Of a DNA stretch of 64,000 bases, positions 32,987-41,297 are shown piece by piece. Below the pieces are notes generated by a model. That model made no database searches. It was not told where the DNA came from and saw only the letters and a program-made list of their open reading frames with translations. The stretch covers positions 1 to 64,000 of IMG/VR virus record IMGVR_UViG_3300025520_000001; one strand, given 5' to 3'. Made by a program: the position numbers and the translations under genes. The stretch comes from a virus. Positions within the stretch are counted from its first letter, which is position 1; every line of letters begins with the position of its first letter.

Positions 32987-33337
32987 TTATGACTCCTTAA
33001 TATCCATGATTTCAAAGTCTTCGTAGTCGATGTCGAAGTCCAGATCCCCGTCGGCGAGCTGCTGCTCGATCAGCTGGCATACCTCTTCTTGGGAGGGAAT
33101 TCCGCTGCTAGGAATGTCCATAGTGATGGTGGTCTCGAAGCGCAGCTTGACGTCAAACGTCTTCATCTCCTCACCGAGGAGCTTCACACGGACCTTATTC
33201 ACCCAGTCGCCATTACAAGCGTTTTCCTCTTCGAGGAACGTCTTGAGCTTCTTGACGAGTTCACTCTTCTTGATGACCAACATGTCATCTGCCTGCTGCT
33301 TTACTGTAACTTCTGACTTCTTCTTGCGTGATACCAA
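32987..33337 (-). CDS. acidic hypothetical protein
   Basis: ORF track 116 aa. TTG start preceded by AAGGAG at 7 nt. Confidence 0.65.
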   Translation of the reverse strand: MVSRKKKSEVTVKQQADDMLVIKKSELVKKLKTFLEEENACNGDWVNKVRVKLLGEEMKTFDVKLRFETTITMDIPSSGIPSQEEVCQLIEQQLADGDLDFDIDYEDFEIMDIKES

Positions 33338-33348
33338 AGGGATTCTCC

Positions 33349-33459
33349 TTACCAGAATTTCTGCACAAAATGTGCAACAGCGTAGACAATGCCAGCAAAC
33401 ATCATCAACCAGATGGCAAACGACAGCGCCATCATTGCAACAAGACTCTTTTCTTTCAT
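33349..33459 (-). CDS. small single-TM peptide (36 aa)
   Basis: Hand-translated MKEKSLVAMMALSFAIWLMMFAGIVYAVAHFVQKFW. Confidence 0.35.
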   Translation of the reverse strand: MKEKSLVAMMALSFAIWLMMFAGIVYAVAHFVQKFW

Positions 33460-33548
33460 TAGTCCTTGGGGAGCAGACGGTTAGTCCACAACAGCAATAA
33501 CGCTATCACGACTATTCCAAACAGAATCAGCAAAGCATCGGTAATCAT
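33459..33548 (-). CDS. small single-TM peptide (29 aa)
   Basis: Hand-translated MITDALLILFGIVVIALLLLWTNRLLPKD. TAATG overlap with the next ORF. Confidence 0.3.
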   Translation of the reverse strand: MITDALLILFGIVVIALLLLWTNRLLPKD

Positions 33549-33568
33549 TACAAATTCTTTATACCGAT

Positions 33569-33769
33569 TTATTTTTCGTTTTGGTTTTCTATCTTTTCCG
33601 CCAGCCAACGGATATCTCTAAGGTATTTAGAAGTTCGAAAGTAAGACCTTAAATTGGCGAGCTTTAAATCATTAACCACGTACATAAACCTGCTTAAGGA
33701 ACGAGTGAGGTCCCAAAGGTCAGGCTTAGATTTAAAAGGTGATAGCATGTTAAAAGTGCGTAAGCCCAA
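33569..33769 (-). CDS. small protein, LxL mini-protein family candidate
   Basis: ORF track 66 aa. LSRFMYVVNDLKLANLRSYF. Confidence 0.45.
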   Translation of the reverse strand: MGLRTFNMLSPFKSKPDLWDLTRSLSRFMYVVNDLKLANLRSYFRTSKYLRDIRWLAEKIENQNEK

Positions 33770-33978
33770 ACCGCGATGTTGAGCCCAATCCTACCAACAC
33801 GGTAGTGTTGGCCAATTACCCCAACAAACAAAATCAACACGTTAACCACGAGAAGCTTGATGAACAAGAAGTAGAGGATGCCTTTGGCCAAAGCGTGGGC
33901 CATGATGGCATTCATCTCTTCAGCACCGTTATCTAGTGCAACCAGGGTGCAATAGGCATCTACGCTATTGAATAGCAT
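33694..33978 (-). CDS. membrane protein (DUF5658-like, tentative)
   Basis: ATG at 33978 (MLFNSVDAYCTLVALDNGAEEMNAIM...) in ORF 33694..34056. Overlaps 33569..33769, so only one of the two may be real. Confidence 0.5.
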   Translation of the reverse strand: MLFNSVDAYCTLVALDNGAEEMNAIMAHALAKGILYFLFIKLLVVNVLILFVGVIGQHYRVGRIGLNIAVWAYALLTCYHLLNLSLTFGTSLVP

Positions 33979-34006
33979 TAGCAGCAAAGAATGAGCATGT
34001 CGCTTT

Positions 34007-34402
34007 TTACTTCTTGGCAAACTTAGCGCTGAGACGCTCAAATTCCTTGCGGTCATGGTCCTCTCGGGCTTTGGTTTGTTCTATCAACTCCCACAGACGA
34101 GCTTCATACTGCGCATCAGTCTCCAAGCCTTCGACTGTGCAATACAGTTTCGCGTACTGCGAACCATAATCATCCTCGAGTTCTGTGTCCATCTTCACAT
34201 CCTCGAGTGTTTTGCCCCACTGTTCGGCAAAAGCTTTTGCCTCTCCCACCAGATCAGTCACGCGACTGATGTAGGTGGCATCGTGCCGCTGCGTAATCTC
34301 TCTGCGGGGATTTTGCTCTTTAAGAGCTTCCTGTTCTGACTTTGACAGCCATCGAAACTTTTCCGCTTGAGTATTGTAGTAGTTTTCTGTTCTGTAATAC
34401 AT
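34007..34402 (-). CDS. hypothetical protein
   Basis: ORF track 131 aa; GAGGGA RBS. Confidence 0.7.
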   Translation of the reverse strand: MYYRTENYYNTQAEKFRWLSKSEQEALKEQNPRREITQRHDATYISRVTDLVGEAKAFAEQWGKTLEDVKMDTELEDDYGSQYAKLYCTVEGLETDAQYEARLWELIEQTKAREDHDRKEFERLSAKFAKK

Positions 34403-34423
34403 GTGTCCCTCGCTTCAGTATTG

Positions 34424-34497
34424 CGCGCCCAGCAGGATTCGAACCTGCGACCCCCGACTTAGAAGGTCGGTGCTCTGTCCGGCTGAGCTATGGGCGC
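34424..34497 (-). tRNA. tRNA-Arg: tRNA-Arg (anticodon UCU)
   Basis: GCGCCCA-TA-GCTCAGCCGGACAGAGC-A-CCGAC-CTTCTAA-GTCGG-GGGTC-GCAGGTTCGAATCCTGC-TGGGCGC-G. Confidence 0.92.
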
Positions 34498-34503
34498 AGA
34501 CCT

Positions 34504-34971
34504 TCAGTACGTCCCAGCGACCCGACGCACCTTGTAGCGGCTCGGCACCTTCACTGCCGCGAGCCGAGCATCCATGCCGCGGACGGTGTGGGGCGGAACG
34601 TTGTGTACGTTGCGAGTAGCACCCACAGCCGCCGGAGTATCGACCTGCACGATCTCAACATCGTAGTCGAACGCCTCACCCAGAGCGACGTACGGTGCCA
34701 TGTCTTCCAGGTTGATGTTGGTGTTGTCCACAATGATGAGGTCAGTGTTGTTTCGCACTTCACTAAGGAACCGCTTGAGGCAAAACTTGTGCGCCTCGCC
34801 CAGCTTCGTGACGTCGAACTTGTATTCGCCCTTGTCGTCCACGAAGAAGTCGTCGGCGGAAACAATAATCGAGCGAACGCCATTCTCCATAGCTTCAAGC
34901 TGCAGCTTCTTGGCCAGAGTCGACTTGCCAGCACCAGAGATACCGCGCATCACCTTCACTTGCTTGAGCAT
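34504..34971 (-). CDS. P-loop kinase, polynucleotide-kinase-like (AAA_33 type)
   Basis: 155 aa. MRGISGAGKSTLAKKL, IIVDNTNINLEDM, ATRNVHNVPPHTVRGM parallel the T4 Pnk kinase-domain motifs. Confidence 0.75.
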   Translation of the reverse strand: MLKQVKVMRGISGAGKSTLAKKLQLEAMENGVRSIIVSADDFFVDDKGEYKFDVTKLGEAHKFCLKRFLSEVRNNTDLIIVDNTNINLEDMAPYVALGEAFDYDVEIVQVDTPAAVGATRNVHNVPPHTVRGMDARLAAVKVPSRYKVRRVAGTY

Positions 34972-35126
34972 TGTTTACCTTTCTAAAAGAGACCCTACCC
35001 AATGGACCTGTTCAGGCTAGCACCTTATTAGGGACTTACTCCATGGATCCGCGTCCGTGACTTGTGTGTTGTCTCACGCTTAAAACACGGTGTTTGGGTC
35101 AGAACCATCGCATGTACGAATATCGT

Positions 35127-35164
35127 TTCGGATAAGGGCGTGGGCGCGCCCGAAGCAGTGTCAG
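35127..35164 (-). promoter_or_regulatory. regulatory cassette, variant copy (CTGACACTGCTTCGG + CCGAAA box)
   Basis: Minus-sense GGCTGACACTGCTTCGGGCGCGCCCACGCCCTTATCCGAAACGATATTCG, about 150 nt upstream of the kinase ATG. Confidence 0.45.
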
Positions 35165-35236
35165 CCGTTTCTTATGATCGCTTGTCGGTATGCTTTACCT
35201 GTGCACAATCCTAGCGACACCATAAAATACAATATT

Positions 35237-35256
35237 AAGCGAACCCTGCTTCGCTT
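35237..35256 (-). terminator. hairpin with T-rich tail
   Basis: Minus-sense AAGCGAA-GCAGGG-TTCGCTT then AATATTGTATTTTAT, just after the stop at 35272. Confidence 0.4.
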
Positions 35257-35271
35257 AGCGTTGGGGCTCAA

Positions 35272-35505
35272 CTAGCTGTCCCGCTTCACTGCAATAAAAG
35301 TACCAACAAGAGTTCCTAGCGCAGCGGGAACCATAATCCATCGGTCTTCTACAATCAGAAGAGTGAGAGAGGCGCCGATGAGATAGATGGCGACTGACCA
35401 CAAGGATGCAGGAACTGCCTTCTTGTTTGAGACACCTGAAATGTACTTAGCCCAACCATAGTCGAGCAGAATCATTAGAAAAAATGTTGCGATGTATTTG
35501 GTCAT
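35272..35505 (-). CDS. small membrane protein
   Basis: ORF track 77 aa, two or three TM helices. Confidence 0.6.
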   Translation of the reverse strand: MTKYIATFFLMILLDYGWAKYISGVSNKKAVPASLWSVAIYLIGASLTLLIVEDRWIMVPAALGTLVGTFIAVKRDS

Positions 35506-35629
35506 GAACTTTTTACCAGAAAAAGTCTATAGTGGGCTTCACGGTACGTTTGATATGAACAAAGACCTAGATAATACACTGCGATTAATAAGTCGCGCAC
35601 CGCCACCTGATAATGTATCGTGGGCATTA

Positions 35630-35872
35630 TCATATCTTGACATTAACAGCAATAATCGGAGTAGGAATTTCAAGTACTTCTTTAGTGGCTTCTACTGTAA
35701 CTGTGAACGAAAGTCTCTTGCCAATTTCCTTAACGAAGGAATCAGCTGTGCCGTTAAAAGAAGCTACGTAACGGCTTATGGCGTGATCAGCGTCAAGAGC
35801 ATAGAAAGATTTCGGGTGACGCCAGGAACCAACTACAGTATACATTCGTCTCAGCTCACATACGCGTTTCAT
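35630..35872 (-). CDS. hypothetical protein
   Basis: ORF track 80 aa. Confidence 0.6.
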   Translation of the reverse strand: MKRVCELRRMYTVVGSWRHPKSFYALDADHAISRYVASFNGTADSFVKEIGKRLSFTVTVEATKEVLEIPTPIIAVNVKI

Positions 35873-35970
35873 GGTTTTTTAAGAAGAGCTTGAAGGTAGG
35901 CTGCTCCCATAACTATTCTAGAGAAGAGTTTCAAGCGACAGCAAACATCCAAAAAGGGAGCAAATTGCAT
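35869..35970 (-). CDS. LxL mini-protein family candidate (33 aa)
   Basis: Hand-translated MQFAPFLDVCCRLKLFSRIVMGAAYLQALLKKP. ATGA overlap with the next gene. Confidence 0.3.
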   Translation of the reverse strand: MQFAPFLDVCCRLKLFSRIVMGAAYLQALLKKP

Positions 35971-35974
35971 GTAG

Positions 35975-36103
35975 CTAGTGCGCACCAGTAACCACCAAAA
36001 AATGAGCGTTAGCGTAACTTGTTTTACAACACAGCTTCAATCGGTAGATACAGTCTAAAATCGCAAACACAGACGTGCGTGCATCAAGGTCTTTTTGGTC
36101 CAT
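35975..36103 (-). CDS. LxL mini-protein family member (42 aa)
   Basis: Hand-translated MDQKDLDARTSVFAILDCIYRLKLCCKTSYANAHFLVVTGAH. GGGAGA 12 nt upstream. Confidence 0.4.
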   Translation of the reverse strand: MDQKDLDARTSVFAILDCIYRLKLCCKTSYANAHFLVVTGAH

Positions 36104-36122
36104 GTTTACTGTATCTCCCTAT

Positions 36123-36167
36123 ACAAAAATAGGTCAGGATAGGCCGCTAAGCACTATCCTGACCTAT
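36123..36167 (-). terminator. rho-independent terminator
   Basis: 14-bp stem ATAGGTCAGGATAG / CTATCCTGACCTAT with an 11-nt loop, followed by TTTTTG in minus sense; lies 33 nt after the 36200 stop. Confidence 0.65.
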
Positions 36168-36199
36168 ATGTTCCACCATATCGTGGCACCCTAAGCAGA

Positions 36200-36661
36200 T
36201 TACCCCTGCTGCGGAAGGAGGTGACGAAGGCTCTCGGGAATGGCGGCCACGTTCACCGTCTTCTTGGGCTTCAACTCGTTGATCCGCTTGTCGATCTCGA
36301 GCTGGATCTCCGACTTCGCCGTCTCATCGGTGGTGACCGAGAGGAGCGTGCGCATGGCCTTGAGCGTCTCGTCGCCCGAACCCGTGCGGGTACCCGGGTT
36401 CTTGGCCATGTAAGCCACATTGCCATTGAGCCGCTTGTCCTTGCGGAGCCAATTGCTCACGAGTCCGCTGACATACGCGGAGAGCTTGGCGCTGTCGGAC
36501 GCATCGCCCTGATAGACGATCTCTCCGGCCTGGAAACCCGCGATGAGCGCGGCCTGAACCTTGCCGCGCTCATCCTTGGTGAGCTCAACAGCTTCGCTGA
36601 ACTCAGTGGAACCACGAACATCACAAATCGCCTGAAAAACTGCATCCTTCTGCTTGGACAT
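36200..36661 (-). CDS. NWLRKDKR-family protein, paralog 1
   Basis: 153 aa. SNWLRKDKRLNGNVAYMAKNPGTRTGSGDETLKAM...LPESLRHLL aligns along its whole length with 58837..59292 and 62460..62924. Confidence 0.8.
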   Translation of the reverse strand: MSKQKDAVFQAICDVRGSTEFSEAVELTKDERGKVQAALIAGFQAGEIVYQGDASDSAKLSAYVSGLVSNWLRKDKRLNGNVAYMAKNPGTRTGSGDETLKAMRTLLSVTTDETAKSEIQLEIDKRINELKPKKTVNVAAIPESLRHLLPQQG

Positions 36662-36772
36662 ACATTCCTTTTACTTGTTTAAACTACGAGAAAACTGCCA
36701 CAGTAACAACTTCCCAACCCATTTGGGACACAAGATGTTTGTTTCGGATTCGTATCGTAAGACAACGAGTGG

Positions 36773-37294
36773 TTACCACTCCCACTCATTTACGTATTTG
36801 TCTCGCATGTTCGGCCAGATCCTGTAGCGAATAAGGGCCAACTGATTTTTGCGAGTGAAATAACTAAAACTACCAGTCCCCACGCAACAGCCGCACACAC
36901 CCATGCTATTCTTTGAGGGGTCAGAAGAGTATCCACTGCCCTTGCACACAGGACACGTGCCGTCAGGATGTTCGTTGATTCGCTTCTTCTCTGCCTCGTA
37001 CTTGTCTTTCTTATTTTGCTTTTCCTTGGCCATGAAGGCGATACGCTCGTCGCACGCGTGTGGTAACCCGTAACTCTCAGTGAGAACCATTTTCTTTCCT
37101 TTAGAAATGGGGTCAACCTCTTCAGCCCAATGGAGGTCACTGGATGTACAGTACTTGCACTTCACTGCCTTAAGTTCATTGTCAGCACAAAAGTGCTTCC
37201 TCGCAGTGTTCTCGTCGAATAGAGTCCACTTACCATTGATAGACTTTTCCCAGTAAACTTTCTCCGCGCCGCAGCGCTTGCACCTAGTACTCAT
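36773..37294 (-). CDS. zinc-ribbon repeat protein (paralog of 12719..13423)
   Basis: 173 aa. RCKRCGAEKVYW...KHFC and KCKYCTSSDLHW...PHAC repeats, plus CPVCKGSG...CGCCVGTG. Confidence 0.7.
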   Translation of the reverse strand: MSTRCKRCGAEKVYWEKSINGKWTLFDENTARKHFCADNELKAVKCKYCTSSDLHWAEEVDPISKGKKMVLTESYGLPHACDERIAFMAKEKQNKKDKYEAEKKRINEHPDGTCPVCKGSGYSSDPSKNSMGVCGCCVGTGSFSYFTRKNQLALIRYRIWPNMRDKYVNEWEW

Positions 37295-37460
37295 CTTCTT
37301 CCTCTATCTCAAGCAAGTTGGTGTCACAAGTAATAGCTCGGTCATATGTGCGCTGACTAATCATGTCCATCTTGACCATCATCCATATCACGGTTGTTAT
37401 GGAGCGATCTACTCGGAACATTTCACCCCTAGTCCAACACCACTTTGGCTGATTATTCAT
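37284..37460 (-). CDS. LxLIS mini-protein family member (58 aa)
   Basis: ATG at 37460 with GGAG 7 nt upstream. ...TTVIWMMVKMDMISQRTYDRAITC... Confidence 0.4.
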   Translation of the reverse strand: MNNQPKWCWTRGEMFRVDRSITTVIWMMVKMDMISQRTYDRAITCDTNLLEIEEEDEY

Positions 37461-37504
37461 AAGGTAGCTCCGTTCGCAAGAGTTACGCTCGGCATGAATA
37501 AGCC

Positions 37505-37810
37505 TTACCGAACTTTCCACTTTTCATTCTTGAGGTTCGCGATGCTCATGATCGCATCCTCTGCTTTTTGCCAGCGAGGACTGCATTCGCAAGGCTTGCT
37601 GCTTTCGATCCAATCTCCATTGTGGCCATTCTCGAAACTATCATCTATTTCACCGTAGCCGTGACAAATAGGACAGTTGGGCTTGGGATTCACCTTAATG
37701 GGTCGTCCACCGTCTTCACACACCCTGCGGATTTTAGCAAGCCGCGCCTTGACATCCTTTAACTCCGCACGAAGAGCTGAAAGCTCAGCTGAATTATGCG
37801 CGTTGCTCAT
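37505..37810 (-). CDS. hypothetical protein with CPICHGYG zinc motif
   Basis: ATG at 37810 (MSNAHNSAELSALRAEL...) in ORF 37505..37912. ATGA overlap with the upstream stop. Confidence 0.6.
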   Translation of the reverse strand: MSNAHNSAELSALRAELKDVKARLAKIRRVCEDGGRPIKVNPKPNCPICHGYGEIDDSFENGHNGDWIESSKPCECSPRWQKAEDAIMSIANLKNEKWKVR

Positions 37811-37995
37811 TCTAGCGCCTCCGAGATATCGTCGACCTTGCAGTAATAGAGGTACGGCTCTTCCCATTCCTTCTTTGCCTTTGCCATGGCCTTTTGAGCG
37901 TCTTCTGCCCACACCAGGCCATACCCGTATTTGTCAGGTCCACCTTCACCATAGGTTTGGGGGTAACGAAGGGTCGCAATGAATAGTTTCTTCAC
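37807..37995 (-). CDS. hypothetical protein
   Basis: ORF track 62 aa. Confidence 0.6.
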   Translation of the reverse strand: MKKLFIATLRYPQTYGEGGPDKYGYGLVWAEDAQKAMAKAKKEWEEPYLYYCKVDDISEALE

Positions 37996-38003
37996 GACTT
38001 TTC

Positions 38004-39197
38004 CTATAATGCAGCGATCGCGGCGTCCAATTCGTCCACAGAATCGCCAAGAAACACTATACCTTTCATCTTCTTTCCACTCACAGTCTTTCCGTCTTCA
38101 TATCTTCGCCCACGCTTCAAAGCAGTTAAGATAGCTCGGACTCGAGGATCTCTCGTGACGTGATCTGGACAATCACAGGGATCGTATGGACTACTGCAAA
38201 GAGAGCATTCCCATCCATCGCTATACAATTTTCGCTTTGCCATCATTCCACCACGTAGGTCCATGAGGTCTTCATTCGTGCTCGACCTCGACCGGGGTGC
38301 AAGTACAGCCCCAGCGTCATCGAGGTGCTCGTAGTCGTCCTCGCCACCGAACGTCGCGCTGCAGATGTTGCACGGGTCGCCGTCGCAGACGTGGCGCTGT
38401 GGCTCGACTAGAGAGCGTGCAGCTTTGGCGGCTTTCTCCCACACCTCGCGGTCCGGGACGGGTTCGACGTGCAGCAGCGTTACGGGCTCGCGCACCGAGG
38501 GCGCGGGAATCAGAGCGCGCTGCTTCGCGTCGAAGGCTCGGCAGTCGTCGCACTCACCGCAACCGACGTGACAAAATATTTCCGGCGTCGGCGCGGGGAC
38601 GGTGCCGGAGAGGGCGGCGTCGATTTCCGCCCATCGCGCCTGCGTGATGCCGCACCGCGAGCACCGGGGCGACGACTCGGCGGGCTGCCAGTCACAGCCG
38701 TTCCAGCCGCCACACTTCATGCGCTCGGCATCCAGCGCCTCCCGAAGCCGCTCGGCGTCGGATTTCACCTCATTCAACTCCTCGGCCAATGCGTCGCGCT
38801 CGGCCTCTCGCTGGCGAGCAACGAGCATCTGGTGCGCGGCGTCGGCCTCGGCCTTCAGCAGGTCGCCGGTCAACCCGTCGAGCGACTTGTCCGCCTCACG
38901 GAGTGCGGCTTCGGCCTTCTCGGCGCGCTCGCGCGTCACCTGCACCAGCTCTCGCGCCGTGTCGTTGAGGGACGCCATGCCCCGCGCCGTGGCGAGGTCG
39001 CGCCGGTACTCGATGTTACGGCCCGCCGATTCCGCGAGGTTCGCGTTCGCCGTGGCGAGGTCGCGCTCCAGTTCCGCGATGCGATTCACGGTCGCGCGGA
39101 TGCGCCGGTCTTCGCACTGGTCCGATGTGCACGGCTGCGCGCTCATGCAGCGGCGAGCCGGCAGGTCCGTCAACGTGTACGGCTTCGCGTCACCCAC
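38004..39197 (-). CDS. GC-rich coiled-coil / multi-Cys hypothetical protein
   Basis: 397 aa; Ala/Arg/Glu-rich coiled coil followed by several CxxC clusters. Strikingly GC-rich, with 6 spurious overlapping ORFs in the track. Confidence 0.75.
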   Translation of the reverse strand: MGDAKPYTLTDLPARRCMSAQPCTSDQCEDRRIRATVNRIAELERDLATANANLAESAGRNIEYRRDLATARGMASLNDTARELVQVTRERAEKAEAALREADKSLDGLTGDLLKAEADAAHQMLVARQREAERDALAEELNEVKSDAERLREALDAERMKCGGWNGCDWQPAESSPRCSRCGITQARWAEIDAALSGTVPAPTPEIFCHVGCGECDDCRAFDAKQRALIPAPSVREPVTLLHVEPVPDREVWEKAAKAARSLVEPQRHVCDGDPCNICSATFGGEDDYEHLDDAGAVLAPRSRSSTNEDLMDLRGGMMAKRKLYSDGWECSLCSSPYDPCDCPDHVTRDPRVRAILTALKRGRRYEDGKTVSGKKMKGIVFLGDSVDELDAAIAAL

Positions 39198-39259
39198 GGT
39201 CCACCCCCAGCAGCTTTTGCTCCGCAGTCACCTTAATGAGCTCTTGGCAACTGTACATA

Positions 39260-39499
39260 TTACCCACCGTTGACGAGTCTCAACGCTTCCTCGGCGGTGA
39301 AACCGGCTTTGAGAGCTGCAGCGAACTGATTGGCTTTCATCTTCAGTTCATCAGCCTTCGCCAACTTCTTCTCTTCTGCGCGAAGGAGGGTCCACACGCT
39401 CTTGGCCTCCCCGTTGCTCGGCGGGCACTTTGTAATCTTCGTACCTGCAGGAATAACAGTCTGCGTCTTGATGTGCACGTGTATCTCCTTGTGGATCAA
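39260..39499 (-). CDS. hypothetical protein with KITKCP motif
   Basis: 79 aa. IPAGTKITKCPPSNGEA, compare 10097..10357. Confidence 0.6.
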   Translation of the reverse strand: MIHKEIHVHIKTQTVIPAGTKITKCPPSNGEAKSVWTLLRAEEKKLAKADELKMKANQFAAALKAGFTAEEALRLVNGG

Positions 39500-39543
39500 T
39501 ATAGGTTCGGTTTGGCTTTTAGGTTGCGCAGTTGCCTGTTAAT

Positions 39544-40005
39544 TCAGTCAGGTTCATGCAGGTTTTTGAAAAGATCGTCAATCATTTTCTTGGCCTGCTT
39601 TTCCAACGTTTTCTCCGAAGGTTTTTTCTTCACCTTCTTGGGTTTGGTCGGCGCAGCCTTACTCTTTGCACGACCAAACCTCATCGGCTCTTCCTCCACT
39701 GGATCGAGCTCTCCGCGTGTCATAGAGCTCAAACCAAGCATACGGATCGGGTCGTGTTCCTTTACCAGACCATCTTCAATGCCGAGCTTAATGCTGTCAC
39801 CAAGCTCACCTTCCCACTCGTCAGTATCGAGGTCGCGCTGCAGCCAAACATAAGGCATGACAGCTTCGTCGGTTTTACCAACAGATACCACAATCATGTT
39901 GGTGGCATTGTCTTCCATTGCCGCAGCGACCTTCTCACCCAGTTCATCTAGGTCTGATGCTTCTTCGCGGCGCTCTCGTCTACCTAGAATCTGGATGAAG
40001 AACAC
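39544..40005 (-). CDS. hypothetical charged protein
   Basis: ORF track 153 aa. Confidence 0.7.
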   Translation of the reverse strand: MFFIQILGRRERREEASDLDELGEKVAAAMEDNATNMIVVSVGKTDEAVMPYVWLQRDLDTDEWEGELGDSIKLGIEDGLVKEHDPIRMLGLSSMTRGELDPVEEEPMRFGRAKSKAAPTKPKKVKKKPSEKTLEKQAKKMIDDLFKNLHEPD

Positions 40006-40006
40006 A

Positions 40007-40300
40007 TTACTCCTTGTTGAGAAGGAGAGCCTTCAGCGCCCGCGACAAGGCAAGCCGTTCGCCGCGCTTGGCATTCGGGGTGTCCCGCGGGTTGCGCTTG
40101 GCCTCGCCCACGAAGACCTTCTTCTCGTAGTTAATCATGGCAATTGTGAAGTTGCCGTGGGTGATGGTTGTGGTCTGCGCGTTGTTATTGAGGTCCTCCG
40201 TGTCCACACACATGGCCTCGTGGTTGGCGTTATCTTCCTTCAGGGCCGCGCGCATCACACCGGGAAGCATCTCGATCAGCACACTATTATCGACTCGCAT
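40007..40300 (-). CDS. hypothetical protein (DUF1876-like, tentative)
   Basis: 97 aa. GEAKRNPRDTPNAKRGERLALSRALKAL. Confidence 0.6.
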   Translation of the reverse strand: MRVDNSVLIEMLPGVMRAALKEDNANHEAMCVDTEDLNNNAQTTTITHGNFTIAMINYEKKVFVGEAKRNPRDTPNAKRGERLALSRALKALLLNKE

Positions 40301-40329
40301 CTGTTTTTCCTTATTAAGTACTGCGTTGA

Positions 40330-40506
40330 TTACTTCTTGGTTTCGACTTCATCATCGACCATGATGTCACGACCGACGTACTCACCATGCTTCTCGAGCT
40401 GAACACGTCCCATTTGCTGGACCTTCTGCAGCGCTTCAAGACTCGAAGTTGCATTCACTTCAACTACAAACGAATCGACAACTTCAACACTAATGCAGTA
40501 TTTCAT
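40330..40506 (-). CDS. small hypothetical protein (58 aa)
   Basis: Hand-translated MKYCISVEVVDSFVVEVNATSSLEALQKVQQMGRVQLEKHGEYVGRDIMVDDEVETKK. Confidence 0.45.
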   Translation of the reverse strand: MKYCISVEVVDSFVVEVNATSSLEALQKVQQMGRVQLEKHGEYVGRDIMVDDEVETKK

Positions 40507-40601
40507 ACCGTTCCTAAGGTGGCAATCTCGTCGAAGCCATCCCAGTCAGAGACTTCAAACATAGTTCCACACACAATTACCCAACGACCCCATGGCAACA
40601 T
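40503..40601 (-). CDS. very small ORF (32 aa)
   Basis: MLPWGRWVIVCGTMFEVSDWDGFDEIATLGTV; ATGA overlap with the next ORF. Confidence 0.25.
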   Translation of the reverse strand: MLPWGRWVIVCGTMFEVSDWDGFDEIATLGTV

Positions 40602-40617
40602 GCGAGAACTCCTAGTC

Positions 40618-40959
40618 TTAAGACGCCTTACCCTTATGGTTAGTAGGAGAGAACTCACTCACTGTTTCGAACTGAACAGCGGGCGTGGTAGACAAGTGTC
40701 CGCCGAGCTGGCATGACTTGCCCTTGTGGAGACCAGAGTTGTTCTTCCAGAACTCCATGTACTTTTCGCGGTCGCTATTGGATTTGAACTTGAGGATTGT
40801 GGCCTGCGACTGCTTGCCATCTGCACTTTGCAGACCTACATACTTGATGGCTGTTTCCTCTGCGCACTCATGGCACTCATTAATCTTGCCGCCAGCACGC
40901 AGCTTTTCGGGTGAACGGGCGTCGAACTCAATCTCACAATGTACACAGACTCTTTTCAC
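40618..40959 (-). CDS. zinc-ribbon hypothetical protein
   Basis: 113 aa, GTG start with AGGAG upstream. CVHCEIEF...CHEC. Confidence 0.6.
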   Translation of the reverse strand: MKRVCVHCEIEFDARSPEKLRAGGKINECHECAEETAIKYVGLQSADGKQSQATILKFKSNSDREKYMEFWKNNSGLHKGKSCQLGGHLSTTPAVQFETVSEFSPTNHKGKAS

Positions 40960-40976
40960 GTTTGTTATGCTCCTAA

Positions 40977-41049
40977 TAGGCCCACCAGGAGTCGAACCCG
41001 GAACCCGTCGCTTATATGGCGACCGCTCTGCCAGTTGAGCTATAGGCCC
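40977..41049 (-). tRNA. tRNA-Ile-like (anticodon UAU) with A at position 33
   Basis: GGGCCTA-TA-GCTCAACTGGCAGAGC-G-GTCGC-CATATAA-GCGAC-GGGTT-CCGGGTTCGACTCCTGG-TGGGCCT-A. Otherwise canonical. Confidence 0.7.
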
Positions 41050-41054
41050 GCTTG

Positions 41055-41297
41055 TTATTGTTTACTTCTCAACTCAAGTAGTTCTGCTCTCAGCAGCATC
41101 ACGCTACGCTCTAGGTGCTTCACTTCATCTTGATTGTTGTATGGCACCAACTCGCTTGGGTCCATAGCACTCTGGATATTAGTATTCAGTTTGAGATTCT
41201 TAAAGCACCTACATCCACCGTTGGTTCGCATGCAGCCGCGTGGTCTAATGCAAGCAAATGTGCAACTTTGATCCCCGCAACCCGGTTCTCGTTCCAT
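41055..41297 (-). CDS. Cys-rich hypothetical protein
   Basis: ATG at 41297 (MEREPGCGDQSCTFACIRPRGCMRTNGGCRCF...) in ORF 41055..41372. The promoter-like box abuts the ATG. Confidence 0.55.
   Translation of the reverse strand: MEREPGCGDQSCTFACIRPRGCMRTNGGCRCFKNLKLNTNIQSAMDPSELVPYNNQDEVKHLERSVMLLRAELLELRSKQ

Noticed and set aside
33569-34056. Both 33569-33769 and 33694-33978 counted as certain genes.
   Set aside because: They overlap by 76 nt in different frames. Both are listed with reduced confidence because I cannot decide between them from sequence alone.
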